A stretch of DNA of 55,811 nucleotides from Burkholderiales bacterium (GCA_035624675.1 DASPRB010000232.1:1-55811); one strand, 5' to 3'; positions 30,241 through 41,222 are shown, counted from the first letter of the stretch. Numbers and translations: made by a program. The notes: a model not told the origin generated them from the sequence alone.

Positions 30241-33200
30241 TTACTCCGGCTGTCTCGGGGCGAGCGCTGCGGCAGGCGCGGCAGCCCCGGCGGTCGCGGC
30301 GCCGCCGCGCCCGTATAGCCAGCCCTGCAGCCGCTCGAAGTACAGGTAGATGACCGGGGTAATGTAGAGCGTGAGAATCTGGGAAAACACCAGGCCGCCG
30401 ACCACCGCGAGCCCGAGGGGCCGGCGGGCTTCGCCGCCTATGCCGAGCGAAAGGGCGATCGGCAGGCTGCCCATCAGGGCGGCCATCGTGGTCATCATGA
30501 TCGGGCGAAAGCGGACGATGCAGGCCTCGAAGATCGCCTGCTGCGGAGACTTGCCGTGCTGGCGCTGCGCTTCGATCGCGAAGTCGATCATCATGATCGC
30601 GTTCTTCTTGACGATACCCACCAGCATGATGATGCCCACGAAGGCATACATGTTCAAATCGATGCCGAACGCCCACAAGGTGACCAGCGCCCCGAGGCCC
30701 GCGGTCGGCAGGCCCGAGAGGATGGTGAGCGGATGGATGTAGCTTTCGTACAGGATGCCGAGCACGAGGTAGATCACCACGATCGACAGAAGAAGCAGCA
30801 CCCCCATCCCTTGTAGCGATGCCTCGAACGCCTGCGCGGTACCTGAAAAGCTGCCGCTCAGCGTGGGCGGCACCTGGAGGTCGGCTGTGAGGGCCCGAAC
30901 GCGCTCGATGGCCTGGGAAAGCGAAACCCCCGGCGCGAGATCGAAGGAGATGGTGACCGACGGCAGTTGGCCGAGGTGGCTCACCGAAAGCGGGCCGACG
31001 CCGTAGGAGAGGCTGGTGACGGCGGTCAGGGGGACCAGAGCGCTCGACTTTGAGCGGATATAGAGCAGCGGCAGCGCTGACGGGTCGGCCTGGAAGCGGG
31101 GCTCGACCTCGAGGATCACCCAGTACTGGTTCGTGGCCGTGTAGATCGTCGATACCTGCTGCGATCCGTAAGCCGTGCCGAGCGCGGATTCGATTTGCTG
31201 AACCGTGACGCCGAGGGCCGAAGCCTTTTCCCGGTCGAATTCGATCAGCACCTGGGGTTGGCGTATCTGCAGATCGCTCGTGACGTCAACCAGACTGGGC
31301 AGGGTCTTCAGCTTCGCTTCGATGATCGGGACCCAGTGATACAGCTCCTCCGTGCTCGTGCTGCGCAGCACGAACTGGTAGGGACTTTTGGTGAGCAGGC
31401 CGACGCGGATCGTCGGAATGTTCTGTAGATAAGCCTTGATCCCGACGAGGTTCGCGAGCTTAGGACGCAGCTGCCGAATGACTTCGTCCGCCGACACGCG
31501 CTCCGAGTGCGGCTTGAGCGTGATGAACAGGCGCCCGAGGTTGAGGGAAGAATTGAGTCCCGCCGCACCGATGAACGACATGACCCCCTCGACGTTCGGG
31601 TTCTCGCGGATGATGCCGGCGACTTGCTGCTGCAGCTTCGCCATCGCATCAAAGGAGATGTCCTGCGGCGCCTCCGTGAAGCAGAATATTTGACCGGTAT
31701 CCTCGGCGGGGAGAAACCCCTTGGGCATGTGCTTGAACATGAAACCCGTCGCGACCGCGATAGCGGCGAACAGGAGCACGACAAAGCGCGCGTGGCGCAG
31801 CGACCACGAAAGGGTCTCGCGGTACACGTCGCGCATGGCGTCGAATCCACGCTCGAATGCCAGGTAGAGGCCGCCGTGCGCTCGCTCGTGCTCGGGACGC
31901 AGAATCCGGGCGCACATCATCGGCGTGAGCGTAAGCGATACGAACCCGGAGATCAGCACGGCGGCGATGATGGTCACCGCGAACTCGTGCAGCAGCCTGC
32001 CGAGAATGCCGCCCATGAAGAGTACCGGAAGGAATACGGCGGCAAGCGACAGGGTCATCGACAATATCGTGAAGGCGATTTCCTTCGAGGCGTCGAGCGT
32101 CGCCTGCATGCGGTTCTTGCCGGCTTCCATGTGGCGCGTGATGTTCTCGAGCATCACGATCGCATCGTCCACGACGAACCCGACGCAAAGCGTGAGGGCC
32201 ATCAACGAGATGTTGTCCAGGCTGTAGCCGAGCGCGTACATGACGGCAAACGTACCGACGATCGACATTGGAAGTGCGACGCTCGGTATCAAGGTGGCGG
32301 ACAGATTGCGCAAGAACAGGAAGATCACCATGACGACGAGCGCGAGCGCGAGCAGTAGCGTGAACTGCACCTCCTCGACCGACTGGCGGATTGTCACGGA
32401 GCGGTCGAACAGCACCTGCATGCCGATGCCCGCGGGCACCTCGGCGCGAAAGGTCGGGAGCAGCCTGCGGATCGAGTCGACGACCTCGATCGTATTGGTG
32501 CCAGGCTGGCGGAAGATCGCGAGCACGATGCCCCGCTTGTTGTTGAACCAGGCCGCCACCTTGTCGCTTTGCACGCCGTCGATCACGCGCCCGAGCTGGT
32601 TGAGCCTGATGGGGGCGCCGTTTCGGTAGGTGACGATGATCGGACGATAGGCTGCCGCGTCATACAGCTGGCCGCTCGCCTGCACCGCAAACAGGCGCTG
32701 CTGGCCGTACAGAGTCCCGGTCGGCAGGTTGACGTTCGCATTGGCGATCGCCTGCTGAACTTCGTCTATGCCGACGCCGCGCGAAGCGAGCGCGTTCGGA
32801 TCGACCTGGACGCGCACGGCGTACTTCTGTTGCCCGAATACCTGCACCTGGGCGACCCCGCTGATCGTCGATATTCTCTGCGCGAGGAAGGTCTCGGCGT
32901 ACTCGTCCACCGTCGACAGCGGTAGCGTGTCGGAGGTCAGCGCAAGGTAGAAGATGGCGAAATCGCCTGGATTGACCTTGCGGAAAGACGGCGGCGTGGT
33001 CATGGTCGGAGGCAGCTGCTTGGCGGCCGTGGCGATCGCCGCGCTCACGTCCTGGGCGGCCGCGTCGATGTCCCGATCGAGCGCGAACTGAATGGTGATC
33101 TGCGTGATGCCCTGGCCGCTCACCGAAGTCATCGAGTCGATTCCGGCGATCGTGGAGAACTGCTTCTCGAGCGGGGTCGCGACTGCCGAGGCCATGGTTT

Positions 33201-33369
33201 CGGGGCTCGCTCCTGGCAACTCGCCGCTTACCTGGATCGTTGGGAAATCGACGTTCGGGAGCGAGCTCACCGGCAGCAGGCGGTACGCCGCGATCCCAAA
33301 AATTAGAATGCCGGCCATGACCAGCACGGTCATCACCGGCCGGTGTACGAATAGCGCGGACAGGTTCAC
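30241..33369 (-). CDS. RND efflux transporter permease (HAE1, MdtB/MdtC/AcrB-like).
   Basis: 1042 aa. [41 protein letters not shown] and 12-TM architecture. The GTG start overlaps the adaptor stop (GTGA). Confidence 0.92.
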   Translation of the reverse strand: MNLSALFVHRPVMTVLVMAGILIFGIAAYRLLPVSSLPNVDFPTIQVSGELPGASPETMASAVATPLEKQFSTIAGIDSMTSVSGQGITQITIQFALDRDIDAAAQDVSAAIATAAKQLPPTMTTPPSFRKVNPGDFAIFYLALTSDTLPLSTVDEYAETFLAQRISTISGVAQVQVFGQQKYAVRVQVDPNALASRGVGIDEVQQAIANANVNLPTGTLYGQQRLFAVQASGQLYDAAAYRPIIVTYRNGAPIRLNQLGRVIDGVQSDKVAAWFNNKRGIVLAIFRQPGTNTIEVVDSIRRLLPTFRAEVPAGIGMQVLFDRSVTIRQSVEEVQFTLLLALALVVMVIFLFLRNLSATLIPSVALPMSIVGTFAVMYALGYSLDNISLMALTLCVGFVVDDAIVMLENITRHMEAGKNRMQATLDASKEIAFTILSMTLSLAAVFLPVLFMGGILGRLLHEFAVTIIAAVLISGFVSLTLTPMMCARILRPEHERAHGGLYLAFERGFDAMRDVYRETLSWSLRHARFVVLLFAAIAVATGFMFKHMPKGFLPAEDTGQIFCFTEAPQDISFDAMAKLQQQVAGIIRENPNVEGVMSFIGAAGLNSSLNLGRLFITLKPHSERVSADEVIRQLRPKLANLVGIKAYLQNIPTIRVGLLTKSPYQFVLRSTSTEELYHWVPIIEAKLKTLPSLVDVTSDLQIRQPQVLIEFDREKASALGVTVQQIESALGTAYGSQQVSTIYTATNQYWVILEVEPRFQADPSALPLLYIRSKSSALVPLTAVTSLSYGVGPLSVSHLGQLPSVTISFDLAPGVSLSQAIERVRALTADLQVPPTLSGSFSGTAQAFEASLQGMGVLLLLSIVVIYLVLGILYESYIHPLTILSGLPTAGLGALVTLWAFGIDLNMYAFVGIIMLVGIVKKNAIMMIDFAIEAQRQHGKSPQQAIFEACIVRFRPIMMTTMAALMGSLPIALSLGIGGEARRPLGLAVVGGLVFSQILTLYITPVIYLYFERLQGWLYGRGGAATAGAAAPAAALAPRQPE

Positions 33370-34517
33370 GACGCGTCCGGCCGCACGACGACCTTGGAAT
33401 TCGGCTGAAGCCGGAGCTGACCGCGCGTGACGACTTTCTCGCCCGCGCTCACGCCCTTTGCAATGATCGTCTCGTCGCCCTCGCTACGCGCCACCGTCAC
33501 GCGACGCACTTCGGTGGTCGAGTCGGGCTTGAGCACGTACACGTACTCACCTTGGGGACCGGTCTGCACCGCGGCGGAGGGCACGACCACCGCATCCTTC
33601 TGATCGTAGAGCTTGACCCTGACCGTGACGAACTGGCCAGGCCACAGGGCCAGATCGGTGTTGTCGAACTGTGCGCGCAGCTTGATCGTTCCGGTGCTGG
33701 TATCGACGGCATTGTCGATGAACACCAGGCGGCCGCGCGCAAGCAGCGTGCCCGCGGCGTCCGAGCTGCTCGCCGTCACCTCGAGTGGTCCCTGCGCCAT
33801 GTGCTGGCGCAACTGGACGAGATTCTGTTCCGGAACGGCGAAGGTCGCGTACACCGGCCTGACCTGATTGATGACGACGAGCGGGTTGGTGTCGTTCGCT
33901 TTTACCAGGTTCCCCAGCTGCAGCATGATGCGCCCCACGAAACCGTCGATGGGTGAACGGATCGTGCAGTATTCGAGATTGAGGCGCGCCGTCTCCAGGG
34001 CCGCCTGGCTCGCCTTGAGCTGCGCTTCGGCGGTCTCGGCATTCGTGCGGAACTGCGCGTAGGCCTCCTTGGAGACGAAGTTCTTCTCCAGCAGATCGAG
34101 ATAACGCCGTTCCTGTGAGCGCGCCTGATCGCGGTTCGCCGTGTCGCGCGCGACGTTTGCCTCCGCCTGGCGTAGCGCCGCGACGAACGGTCTTGCGTCG
34201 AGGCGGAAGAGCACTTCGCCGCGCCGCACCGCCTGCCCCTCTCGGAATCCGACCTCGACGATCTGGCCGTCCACGCGGGCCTTGAGCGCCACCGTGGAGT
34301 AGGCGTCGACATTGCCAATCGCCCGTACGTAGACCGGCACCGTACGCCCGGCGGCCACCGCGATCGAAACGGGTACCGGTGGCGGGCCGGCCGGCGGCTT
34401 ATTCTCGGTCGCGCGAATGTCGCCGCCGAGGTACACGAGCGCCGTCACGGCGGTGGCGGCGAGGAATAGACCGCCAAGCGCCAGAAGCGGCAAACGGCGC
34501 TCCCATGTGAGGATCAT
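33366..34517 (-). CDS. RND efflux periplasmic adaptor (membrane fusion protein, MdtA-like).
   Basis: N-terminal anchor, a coiled-coil hairpin region ([29 protein letters not shown]), and beta-barrel/MP domains. The start is either the ATG at 34517 or the TTG at 34544. Confidence 0.88.
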   Translation of the reverse strand: MILTWERRLPLLALGGLFLAATAVTALVYLGGDIRATENKPPAGPPPVPVSIAVAAGRTVPVYVRAIGNVDAYSTVALKARVDGQIVEVGFREGQAVRRGEVLFRLDARPFVAALRQAEANVARDTANRDQARSQERRYLDLLEKNFVSKEAYAQFRTNAETAEAQLKASQAALETARLNLEYCTIRSPIDGFVGRIMLQLGNLVKANDTNPLVVINQVRPVYATFAVPEQNLVQLRQHMAQGPLEVTASSSDAAGTLLARGRLVFIDNAVDTSTGTIKLRAQFDNTDLALWPGQFVTVRVKLYDQKDAVVVPSAAVQTGPQGEYVYVLKPDSTTEVRRVTVARSEGDETIIAKGVSAGEKVVTRGQLRLQPNSKVVVRPDAS

Positions 34518-34595
34518 TTCGCGCGCCGGGGACGGGACGGCCAAACGTTCACGCTTGCGACTCCATCCGGCCTTTCCACACGCCGGGCGATGAAT

Positions 34596-35843
34596 CTACG
34601 GCAATGTCCGTTCCAAGGCAAAGAGATTCTCGATCGTCTCGCGGCTGCGCACGAGATATGCCCGATCGCCGTCCACGAGCACTTCGGCGGCGCGGGGTCG
34701 CGAGTTGTAGTTCGAGCTCATACTCATGCCGTAGGCTCCGGCCGACATCACCGCGAGGAGATCGCCCTGGCGCGCGGCCAGCCGCCGTTCCCGCGCCAGA
34801 AAATCACCGCTTTCGCATACGGGTCCGACCACGTCGTAGAGTTCGGCGGCAGTCTCCGTCTGCGACTCGCGCACCGCCCGGATTTCGTGCCAAGCGTCGT
34901 ACAGCGCCGGACGAAGCAGATCGTTCATCGCCGCATCGACCACCAGGAAGTTCTTGGCGGGGCCGGGCTTCACGTATTCGACGCGGGTCAGCAGCACGCC
35001 GGCGTTTCCAACGATGGAACGTCCGGGATCGAAAATCAGCGTTTCGCGCCGGCTGCCAAGGGCGGCGACCGCCCCTGCGACGAAATCCGCGATCGGCTGC
35101 GGTTTCTCGTCGCGGTACTGGATGCCGATGCCTCCCCCCACATCGATGTGTGCCAGGCGCACGCCGCCAGCCTCGATGCGACCAGCAAGCGCCACGAGTC
35201 GTTCGACCGCGGCGACGAACGGCCCCCGATCGGTCAGCTGCGAGCCCACGTGACAACCGATGCCGCGCACCTCGATACCGGAAAGGCGCGATGCGGCAGC
35301 GTACAAGCGCTCGGCGTCCTCGTGCGGCACGCCGAACTTGTTGCGCCGCAGTCCCGTCGAGATGTACGGATGAGTCTTCGGGTCGACGTCCGGATTCACC
35401 CGAAACGCGACCGGCGCGCGTCTGCCGAGGCGTCGGGCGACCGCATCGACTCGCGCGAGCTCGGCCTCGGATTCGAGGTTCAAACAGAGCACCCCGGCAA
35501 GCAGCGCCTGTTCGATTTCGCGCTCGGTCTTGCCTACGCCGGAGAAGAGCGTCTTGCGCGCGTCGCCCCCGGCCGCCAGCACGCGCGCGAACTCTCCTCC
35601 CGAGACGATGTCGAAGCCCGCGCCGAGGCGCGCCATGAGCGAAAGAACGGCGAGATTGGAATTTGCCTTGACCGAGTAACAAACCAGCGCGTCGCGCGCG
35701 CCCAGCGCGCCGGAGAATTCCGAGTAGGCGGCTTCGATTGCGGCGCGCGAATAGACATAGCACGGAGTCCCAAAGCGCTCGGCTATGACTTCGAGCGGCA
35801 GCTTTTCGGCGCACAGCGCGCCTTCGCGGTATGCAAATGCCAT
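34596..35843 (-). CDS. lysA: Diaminopimelate decarboxylase.
   Basis: YSVKANSN (PLP lysine), HIDVGGGIGI and CESGD motifs. 415 aa. Confidence 0.93.
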   Translation of the reverse strand: MAFAYREGALCAEKLPLEVIAERFGTPCYVYSRAAIEAAYSEFSGALGARDALVCYSVKANSNLAVLSLMARLGAGFDIVSGGEFARVLAAGGDARKTLFSGVGKTEREIEQALLAGVLCLNLESEAELARVDAVARRLGRRAPVAFRVNPDVDPKTHPYISTGLRRNKFGVPHEDAERLYAAASRLSGIEVRGIGCHVGSQLTDRGPFVAAVERLVALAGRIEAGGVRLAHIDVGGGIGIQYRDEKPQPIADFVAGAVAALGSRRETLIFDPGRSIVGNAGVLLTRVEYVKPGPAKNFLVVDAAMNDLLRPALYDAWHEIRAVRESQTETAAELYDVVGPVCESGDFLARERRLAARQGDLLAVMSAGAYGMSMSSNYNSRPRAAEVLVDGDRAYLVRSRETIENLFALERTLP

Positions 35844-35847
35844 CGCG

Positions 35848-36030
35848 CTAGCGCTGGCCGGAGGTGCCGTCGGACGCCGGATGCTCCGGATACGGCACGG
35901 GCTGATACGGCTCCGGTTTTTTCGGCTTCACGCCCGGCGGCGGACTTTCGCGCAGGTAGAGCGGCCCCTTCTGGCCGCAGCCGGCGACGGTAAGCGCGGC
36001 GCTCAGAACGAGGAGAATTGCGGTACGCAT
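35848..36030 (-). CDS. lptM: Small lipoprotein of the LptM/YifL type.
   Basis: 60 aa. The lipobox and hallmark are LTVAGCGQKGPLYL. The position between cyaY and lysA is canonical. Confidence 0.8.
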   Translation of the reverse strand: MRTAILLVLSAALTVAGCGQKGPLYLRESPPPGVKPKKPEPYQPVPYPEHPASDGTSGQR

Positions 36031-36080
36031 CGCGCTGCAGCGACTAAAATAAATATGCTATCACGCTGACCCGATCCAAC

Positions 36081-36401
36081 ATGACCGATTCCGAGTTTGA
36101 AGCGCTCACCGCGGCCGCGCTGGGACGCATCGAGCAAGCGCTGGAAGATTGCAGCGTGGATGCGGACGTGCAAAGCAAGTCGGGCGGAGTGCTGGAAATC
36201 GAATTCGACAACGGCACGAGGATGGTTATCAATCGGCACGCTGCCGCTCGCGAATTGTGGGTCGCAGGCAAGAGCGGCGGCTTCCACTTTCGCTGGGACG
36301 GCGCGCTGTGGCGCGATACGCGTGATGGCAGCGAGCTGTTCGCCGCGCTCTCGAAACTCGTGTCGGCGCAGAGTGGCAGGGGCGTCGTGCTGCGGGGCTG
36401 A
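36081..36401 (+). CDS. cyaY: Iron-sulfur cluster assembly protein CyaY (bacterial frataxin).
   Basis: 106 aa with MTDSEFEALT..., GVLEIEFDNGTRMVINRH.., RELWVA and F.W. Confidence 0.9.
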   Translation: MTDSEFEALTAAALGRIEQALEDCSVDADVQSKSGGVLEIEFDNGTRMVINRHAAARELWVAGKSGGFHFRWDGALWRDTRDGSELFAALSKLVSAQSGRGVVLRG

Positions 36402-36413
36402 GGTCGCGATAGG

Positions 36414-38723
36414 CTAATTGCCGGGCGAAGGCGTCACGTAGTCGTCCATCGGCGTGTAACTCTGCTGCGGCGCCCGCGGCACGTTCTCCTCGTAGAAATA
36501 CTCCAGGATCGGACCTGAGTCATCCGGGATCGTCGGGTCCGGCCCGGTCTCGACGCGTACTACGCCCGGCGGCATCACGCGCGGCATTTCTGGCACACCC
36601 TTGAGCACCTGCTCCATGTATCCCATCCAGATCGGCAACGCGACCGCTGCCCCGGTCTGGTTGCGTCCCAATGATTTCGGCTGGTCAAAGCCGACCCAGG
36701 CGATGCCAACCACGGTCGGCTGGTAGCCGCAGAACCACGCGTCGACGAAATCGTTCGTGGTGCCGGTCTTGCCTGCGATATCGTGCCGACCCAGCCGCGC
36801 GGCGCGTGCCGCCGTACCATAGGTCGTCACGTCCTGCATCATGCTGTCGATGATGAACGCGTTGCGCGCGTCGATGACGCGCGGCGCCTCCTCGCCAGCG
36901 CGCTGCGGGTGCGCGAGGGCAACCGGCTCGCCGCGATCGTCGACTACCTTCTGGATGTAGTAGGGCTGTACGAGGTAACCGCCGTTTGCGAACACCGCGT
37001 AAGCGCGCGCCATTTGCATCGGTGTCACCGAGCCGGCGCCGAGCGCCATCGTCAAGTACGGTGGGTGCTTGTCGGCGTCGAACCCGAAGCGAGTGATGTA
37101 GTCCTGCGCGTATTTCGGGCCGATCGCCTGCAAGATGCGTATGGATACCATGTTCTTCGATTTCGCCAGGGCGGTACGCAGGCGCATCGGCCCGTCGAAG
37201 GTGCCGTCGTAGTTGCTCGGCTCCCAGACTTGGCCCCCGGTCACTTCCGGCTCGATCACGAGAGGTTCATCGGGCACCACCGTAGCCGGCGTGAAGCCCT
37301 TCTCCAGTGCCGCGGAATAGATGAACGGTTTGAACGAAGACCCTGGCTGGCGCCAAGCCTGAATGACGTGGTTGTACTTGTTTCGGTCAAAGTCGAACCC
37401 GCCTACCAGTGCGCGGATCGCGCCGTCCTGCGGATCGACTGAGATGAACGCCGCCTCGGCGTCCGGCAGCTGCACGATTTGCCAATGCTTCCCGTCCGCA
37501 CGCTGTACCCGCACGATCGCTCCACGGTGGATGCGTTTCTGCGGCGCAGCCTTCGGGCTAAGCGATGCAGCCGCGAACCTGAGCCCGTCGCCGGAGATCT
37601 TGATCGTCTCGCCGCTATGCAGCACTGCCGATACCGCTTTGGGGCTTGCTTCGGTTACCACTGCAGCAAGCAGGTCGTCATTGTCCGGAAAATCCGCAAG
37701 GGCGTCCTCGTAGTCGTCCTCGTGCGCGTCGTCGGGCAACTTGGCGAAGCCCTCCGGTCCACGGTATCCGTGACGTCTGTCGTAATCCATGAGGCCCCTT
37801 CTCAGCGCCTCGTAGGCAACCTCCTGGTCCGCCTTGCGAATAGTGGTATAGACGCGGAAACCTCGTGTGTAGGCGTCCTGTCCGTACTGCTCGTACATGG
37901 CCTGACGAACCATCTCAGCCAGGTAGTCGGCATGCACCGCATACGTCGAGGCGCTCCGAGGGGCGCGGCGCAACGGCGCCTTGAGAGCCTCTTCCTGCTG
38001 CGCCTCGGTGATGTAGCCGAGCGCTCTCATGCGACGCAGGACGTAATGCTGGCGCTGCCGGGCCCGCTGCGGATTGGCGATCGGGTTGTAACTCGATGGC
38101 GCCTTCGGCAAGCCTGCCAACATCGCCGCCTCGCCTAGCGTCAGTTCGTCGAGGGGCTTGCCGAAGTAGGTCTGCGCCGCGGCAGCGAAGCCATAGGCGC
38201 GCTGTCCGAGATAGATCTGATTGATGTACAGCTCGAGAATCTGGTCCTTGGTGAGGCTGTGCTCGATCTTGAACGCCAGCAGGGCCTCATACAGTTTGCG
38301 CGTCAGCGTTTTCTCCGAGGAGAGAAAGAAATTGCGCGCAACCTGCATGGTAATCGTGCTCGCGCCCTGCCTGCGCCCGCCTGCCATGAGGTTCGAGTAC
38401 GCGGCACGTAGCACGCCGGCATAGTCGATGCCTGTGTGTTGATAAAAGCGCTCGTCCTCCGCAGCGATAATCGCGTTTTTCAGTGTCTGTGGAACCCGAT
38501 TGATCGAGATCACGGAGCGGCGCTCCTCGCCAAACTCGCCGATCAGCTCTCCATCCGCCGTGTAGACGCGCAAGGGCACTTTTGGCTGGTAATCGGTGAG
38601 CGCGTCGAGTGACGGCAGGTTCGGGTAGGCGAGCAACAACACGAGCGCGGCGATGCCCGAGCCGACCACGAACAGGCCCGCGAGCAGAGCCAGCGGGAAC
38701 AGTAAAAAACGACGCCACATCAA
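36414..38723 (-). CDS. mrcA: Penicillin-binding protein 1A (bifunctional transglycosylase/transpeptidase).
   Basis: Glycosyltransferase motif AAEDERFYQH, and transpeptidase motifs SSFKP, SKN and KTGTTN. Confidence 0.93.
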   Translation of the reverse strand: MMWRRFLLFPLALLAGLFVVGSGIAALVLLLAYPNLPSLDALTDYQPKVPLRVYTADGELIGEFGEERRSVISINRVPQTLKNAIIAAEDERFYQHTGIDYAGVLRAAYSNLMAGGRRQGASTITMQVARNFFLSSEKTLTRKLYEALLAFKIEHSLTKDQILELYINQIYLGQRAYGFAAAAQTYFGKPLDELTLGEAAMLAGLPKAPSSYNPIANPQRARQRQHYVLRRMRALGYITEAQQEEALKAPLRRAPRSASTYAVHADYLAEMVRQAMYEQYGQDAYTRGFRVYTTIRKADQEVAYEALRRGLMDYDRRHGYRGPEGFAKLPDDAHEDDYEDALADFPDNDDLLAAVVTEASPKAVSAVLHSGETIKISGDGLRFAAASLSPKAAPQKRIHRGAIVRVQRADGKHWQIVQLPDAEAAFISVDPQDGAIRALVGGFDFDRNKYNHVIQAWRQPGSSFKPFIYSAALEKGFTPATVVPDEPLVIEPEVTGGQVWEPSNYDGTFDGPMRLRTALAKSKNMVSIRILQAIGPKYAQDYITRFGFDADKHPPYLTMALGAGSVTPMQMARAYAVFANGGYLVQPYYIQKVVDDRGEPVALAHPQRAGEEAPRVIDARNAFIIDSMMQDVTTYGTAARAARLGRHDIAGKTGTTNDFVDAWFCGYQPTVVGIAWVGFDQPKSLGRNQTGAAVALPIWMGYMEQVLKGVPEMPRVMPPGVVRVETGPDPTIPDDSGPILEYFYEENVPRAPQQSYTPMDDYVTPSPGN

Positions 38724-38892
38724 GGGAGTTAGGCCGAAAGGACGGGCCTAGACAACGGGTGCATGAGAGCGGGCATTATAGGGGTTCTGGCCCTGTGGAA
38801 AATTCACTAGACACTGGCTAGGCTTGTTGCTAGCATTTAACGCAATTTCTACGTATTGCGTCTAACACGCCGGGGCGCAAGGGAAAATAACG

Positions 38893-39969
38893 ATGGAACT
38901 AGACATTTTCAAGCCGAAGACGCCGCCGTTGTTTGGGCTGGACATCAGTTCGTCGTCGGTGAAGATGCTGGAAATCGTTGAAGCCGGAAAGGGCGCCTAT
39001 CGCGTCGAGCGCTATGCGATCGAGCCGCTGGCGCGTGAAGCTGTCGTGGACGGCAACATCAATAACCTGGAAGCCGTCGCCGAAGCGGTGAAGCGCGCCC
39101 ACAAGCGGCTCGCCACGCGCACCAAGCGCGTTGCCATGGCAGTCCCTTCTGGAGCGGTGATCACGAAGAAAATCATTGTACAAGCCGGATTGCGTGAAGA
39201 AGAACTCGAGGTGCAGGTCGAAACCGAGGCGAACCAGTACATTCCTTTCGCCCTGGATGAAGTGAACCTTGACTTCCAGCGTATTGGGCCAGCGCCGTCC
39301 AGCCCGGACGAGGAGGAGGTGCTGATTGCCGCGACGCGTAAGGAGAAAGTCGAGGACCGCGTCGCGGTGGCCGAGTCCGCGGGACTCAAGGCACTCGTGA
39401 TGGACGTCGAGTCCTATGCGCAGCAAAGTGCGCTCGCGCTCGTGGTGCAGCAATTGCCGGGCGGAGGCAAGGATCAGAACATCGCGGTGGTAGACATCGG
39501 TGCCAACGTGATGAACGTGACTGTGCTGCGCAACGAGCAGTCGGTCTACACGAGAGAACAGGCGTTCGGCGGGAACCAGCTCACGCAGGACATCGTCAGC
39601 CGCTACGGCATGAGCGCAGACGAGGCCGAGAACGCGAAGCGCTCGGGCGGCCTGCCAGACGATTTCGAAGCCGAGGTGTTGCGGCCGTTCATGGACAACC
39701 TTTCGATGGAGGTCCAACGCGCGCTGCAGTTCTTCTTCACCTCCACGCAATACAGCAGCGTCGACCAGATTCTCCTCGCGGGCGGATCGGCTGTCATTCC
39801 AGGTCTTGATGAGGCAGTGCATACGCGGACGCAGGTTCCCTGCATGGTCGCCAATCCATTCGCGGCGATGCAAACGTCGCCCCGCATCCAGTTGAAGCGT
39901 CTGATTGTCGACGCGCCTTCGTTGATCGTTTCCTGCGGGCTGGCTATGCGGAGGTTCGACCCGTTATGA
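38893..39969 (+). CDS. pilM: Type IV pilus assembly protein PilM (actin-like ATPase fold).
   Basis: GLDISSSSVKMLE and VDIGANVMNV. It is the first gene of the pilMNOPQ order. Confidence 0.92.
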   Translation: MELDIFKPKTPPLFGLDISSSSVKMLEIVEAGKGAYRVERYAIEPLAREAVVDGNINNLEAVAEAVKRAHKRLATRTKRVAMAVPSGAVITKKIIVQAGLREEELEVQVETEANQYIPFALDEVNLDFQRIGPAPSSPDEEEVLIAATRKEKVEDRVAVAESAGLKALVMDVESYAQQSALALVVQQLPGGGKDQNIAVVDIGANVMNVTVLRNEQSVYTREQAFGGNQLTQDIVSRYGMSADEAENAKRSGGLPDDFEAEVLRPFMDNLSMEVQRALQFFFTSTQYSSVDQILLAGGSAVIPGLDEAVHTRTQVPCMVANPFAAMQTSPRIQLKRLIVDAPSLIVSCGLAMRRFDPL

Positions 39970-40571
39970 GCGCGATTCGCATCAACCTGCTCCCGCACCG
40001 CGAGGAGCGACGCAAGCGTTCGCGCACCCATTTCGCAGTACTCGGCGCAATGACGTTTGTGCTCGGCTTGGTTATTGTCGGCGCCGTGCACATCGTCAAC
40101 GCACAGCGTATCTCGGCTCAGGACGATCGCAACACGTTTCTCAAGGGCGAGATCGCGAAGCTCGACAAGCAAATTGCCGACATCAAGAAGCTCAAAGACG
40201 AGATTCAATCGCTTCTTGCGCGCAAACAAGTCATTGAGACGCTTCAGGCCGACCGCGCGCAAACTGTGCACCTGCTCGACCAGCTCGTGCGACAGATGCC
40301 GGAAGGCGTCTACCTGAAGTCAATCAAGCAAAAGGGCCTGGCCGTGAATCTCGTCGGCTACGCGCAATCGAATGCCCGCGTCTCCACCCTCATGCGCAAT
40401 ATCGAGTCTTCACCCTGGCTGGAAAAGCCGGAGCTGGTAGAGATCAAGGCGACCACCGTAAATAAGCAGCGCGTGTCTGAGTTCAACTTGAATCTGTCAC
40501 TCAAGCGCCTCAAGCCGGAAGAGGACAAGCGCGGCACGCCGGGCGCCAAGGTGCCGGTCAAGAAGGGGTAG
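39966..40571 (+). CDS. pilN: Type IV pilus assembly protein PilN.
   Basis: INLLPHREERRK N-terminus, a single TM, and a coiled coil. The start overlaps the pilM stop. Confidence 0.9.
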   Translation: MSAIRINLLPHREERRKRSRTHFAVLGAMTFVLGLVIVGAVHIVNAQRISAQDDRNTFLKGEIAKLDKQIADIKKLKDEIQSLLARKQVIETLQADRAQTVHLLDQLVRQMPEGVYLKSIKQKGLAVNLVGYAQSNARVSTLMRNIESSPWLEKPELVEIKATTVNKQRVSEFNLNLSLKRLKPEEDKRGTPGAKVPVKKG

Positions 40572-40574
40572 GCC

Positions 40575-41222
40575 ATGGCGATCAATTTCACCAAGATCGT
40601 CGAGGACTTCAGGCGTCTCAACCCGCGTGACCCGGGAACCTGGCCGGCGATCCCGAAGCTGACCGCGCTGGCTGCGGTGCTGATCGTGTTGCCCGTCGCG
40701 GCCTACTTCCTGGACTGGCAGTCGCAGCTTGCCGAGCTCGACGCCGGACAGCAGCAGGAGAGCAAGCTCAAGGAGGATTACGTCAACAAGAAGCGCCAGG
40801 CGATCAACCTCGAGCTGTACCGGCAGCAGCTTCGCGAAATCGATACGCAGTTTGGCGCCCTGCTCCGGCAGTTGCCGAACAAGTCCCAGATGGACGCCTT
40901 GCTCGTGGATATCAACCAGGCCGGCCTGGGTCGTGGGCTTCAGTTCGAGCTGTTCAAGCCTGCGCCGGCCGAGTCGGTCAGAGAGTTTTATGCGGAACTC
41001 CCGATCCAGGTAAAGGTCGTTGGCAACTACCACGACATGGGGGCTTTCGCGAGCGACGTCGGCCAGCTCTCGCGCATCGTCACGCTCAACGACGTGTCGA
41101 TCGCGGCTGCTAAGGACGGCACTTTGCAGATGGAGGCTACCGCCCGCACGTTCCGCTACCTCGACGAAGAGGAAATCGCCGCGCAGCGCAAATCGCAGGC
41201 GGGCAAGAAGGGCCGGAGATGA
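40575..41222 (+). CDS. pilO: Type IV pilus assembly protein PilO.
   Basis: N-terminal TM, a coiled coil, and the ELPIQVKVVGNYHDMGAFASDVGQLSRIVTL block. Confidence 0.9.
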   Translation: MAINFTKIVEDFRRLNPRDPGTWPAIPKLTALAAVLIVLPVAAYFLDWQSQLAELDAGQQQESKLKEDYVNKKRQAINLELYRQQLREIDTQFGALLRQLPNKSQMDALLVDINQAGLGRGLQFELFKPAPAESVREFYAELPIQVKVVGNYHDMGAFASDVGQLSRIVTLNDVSIAAAKDGTLQMEATARTFRYLDEEEIAAQRKSQAGKKGRR

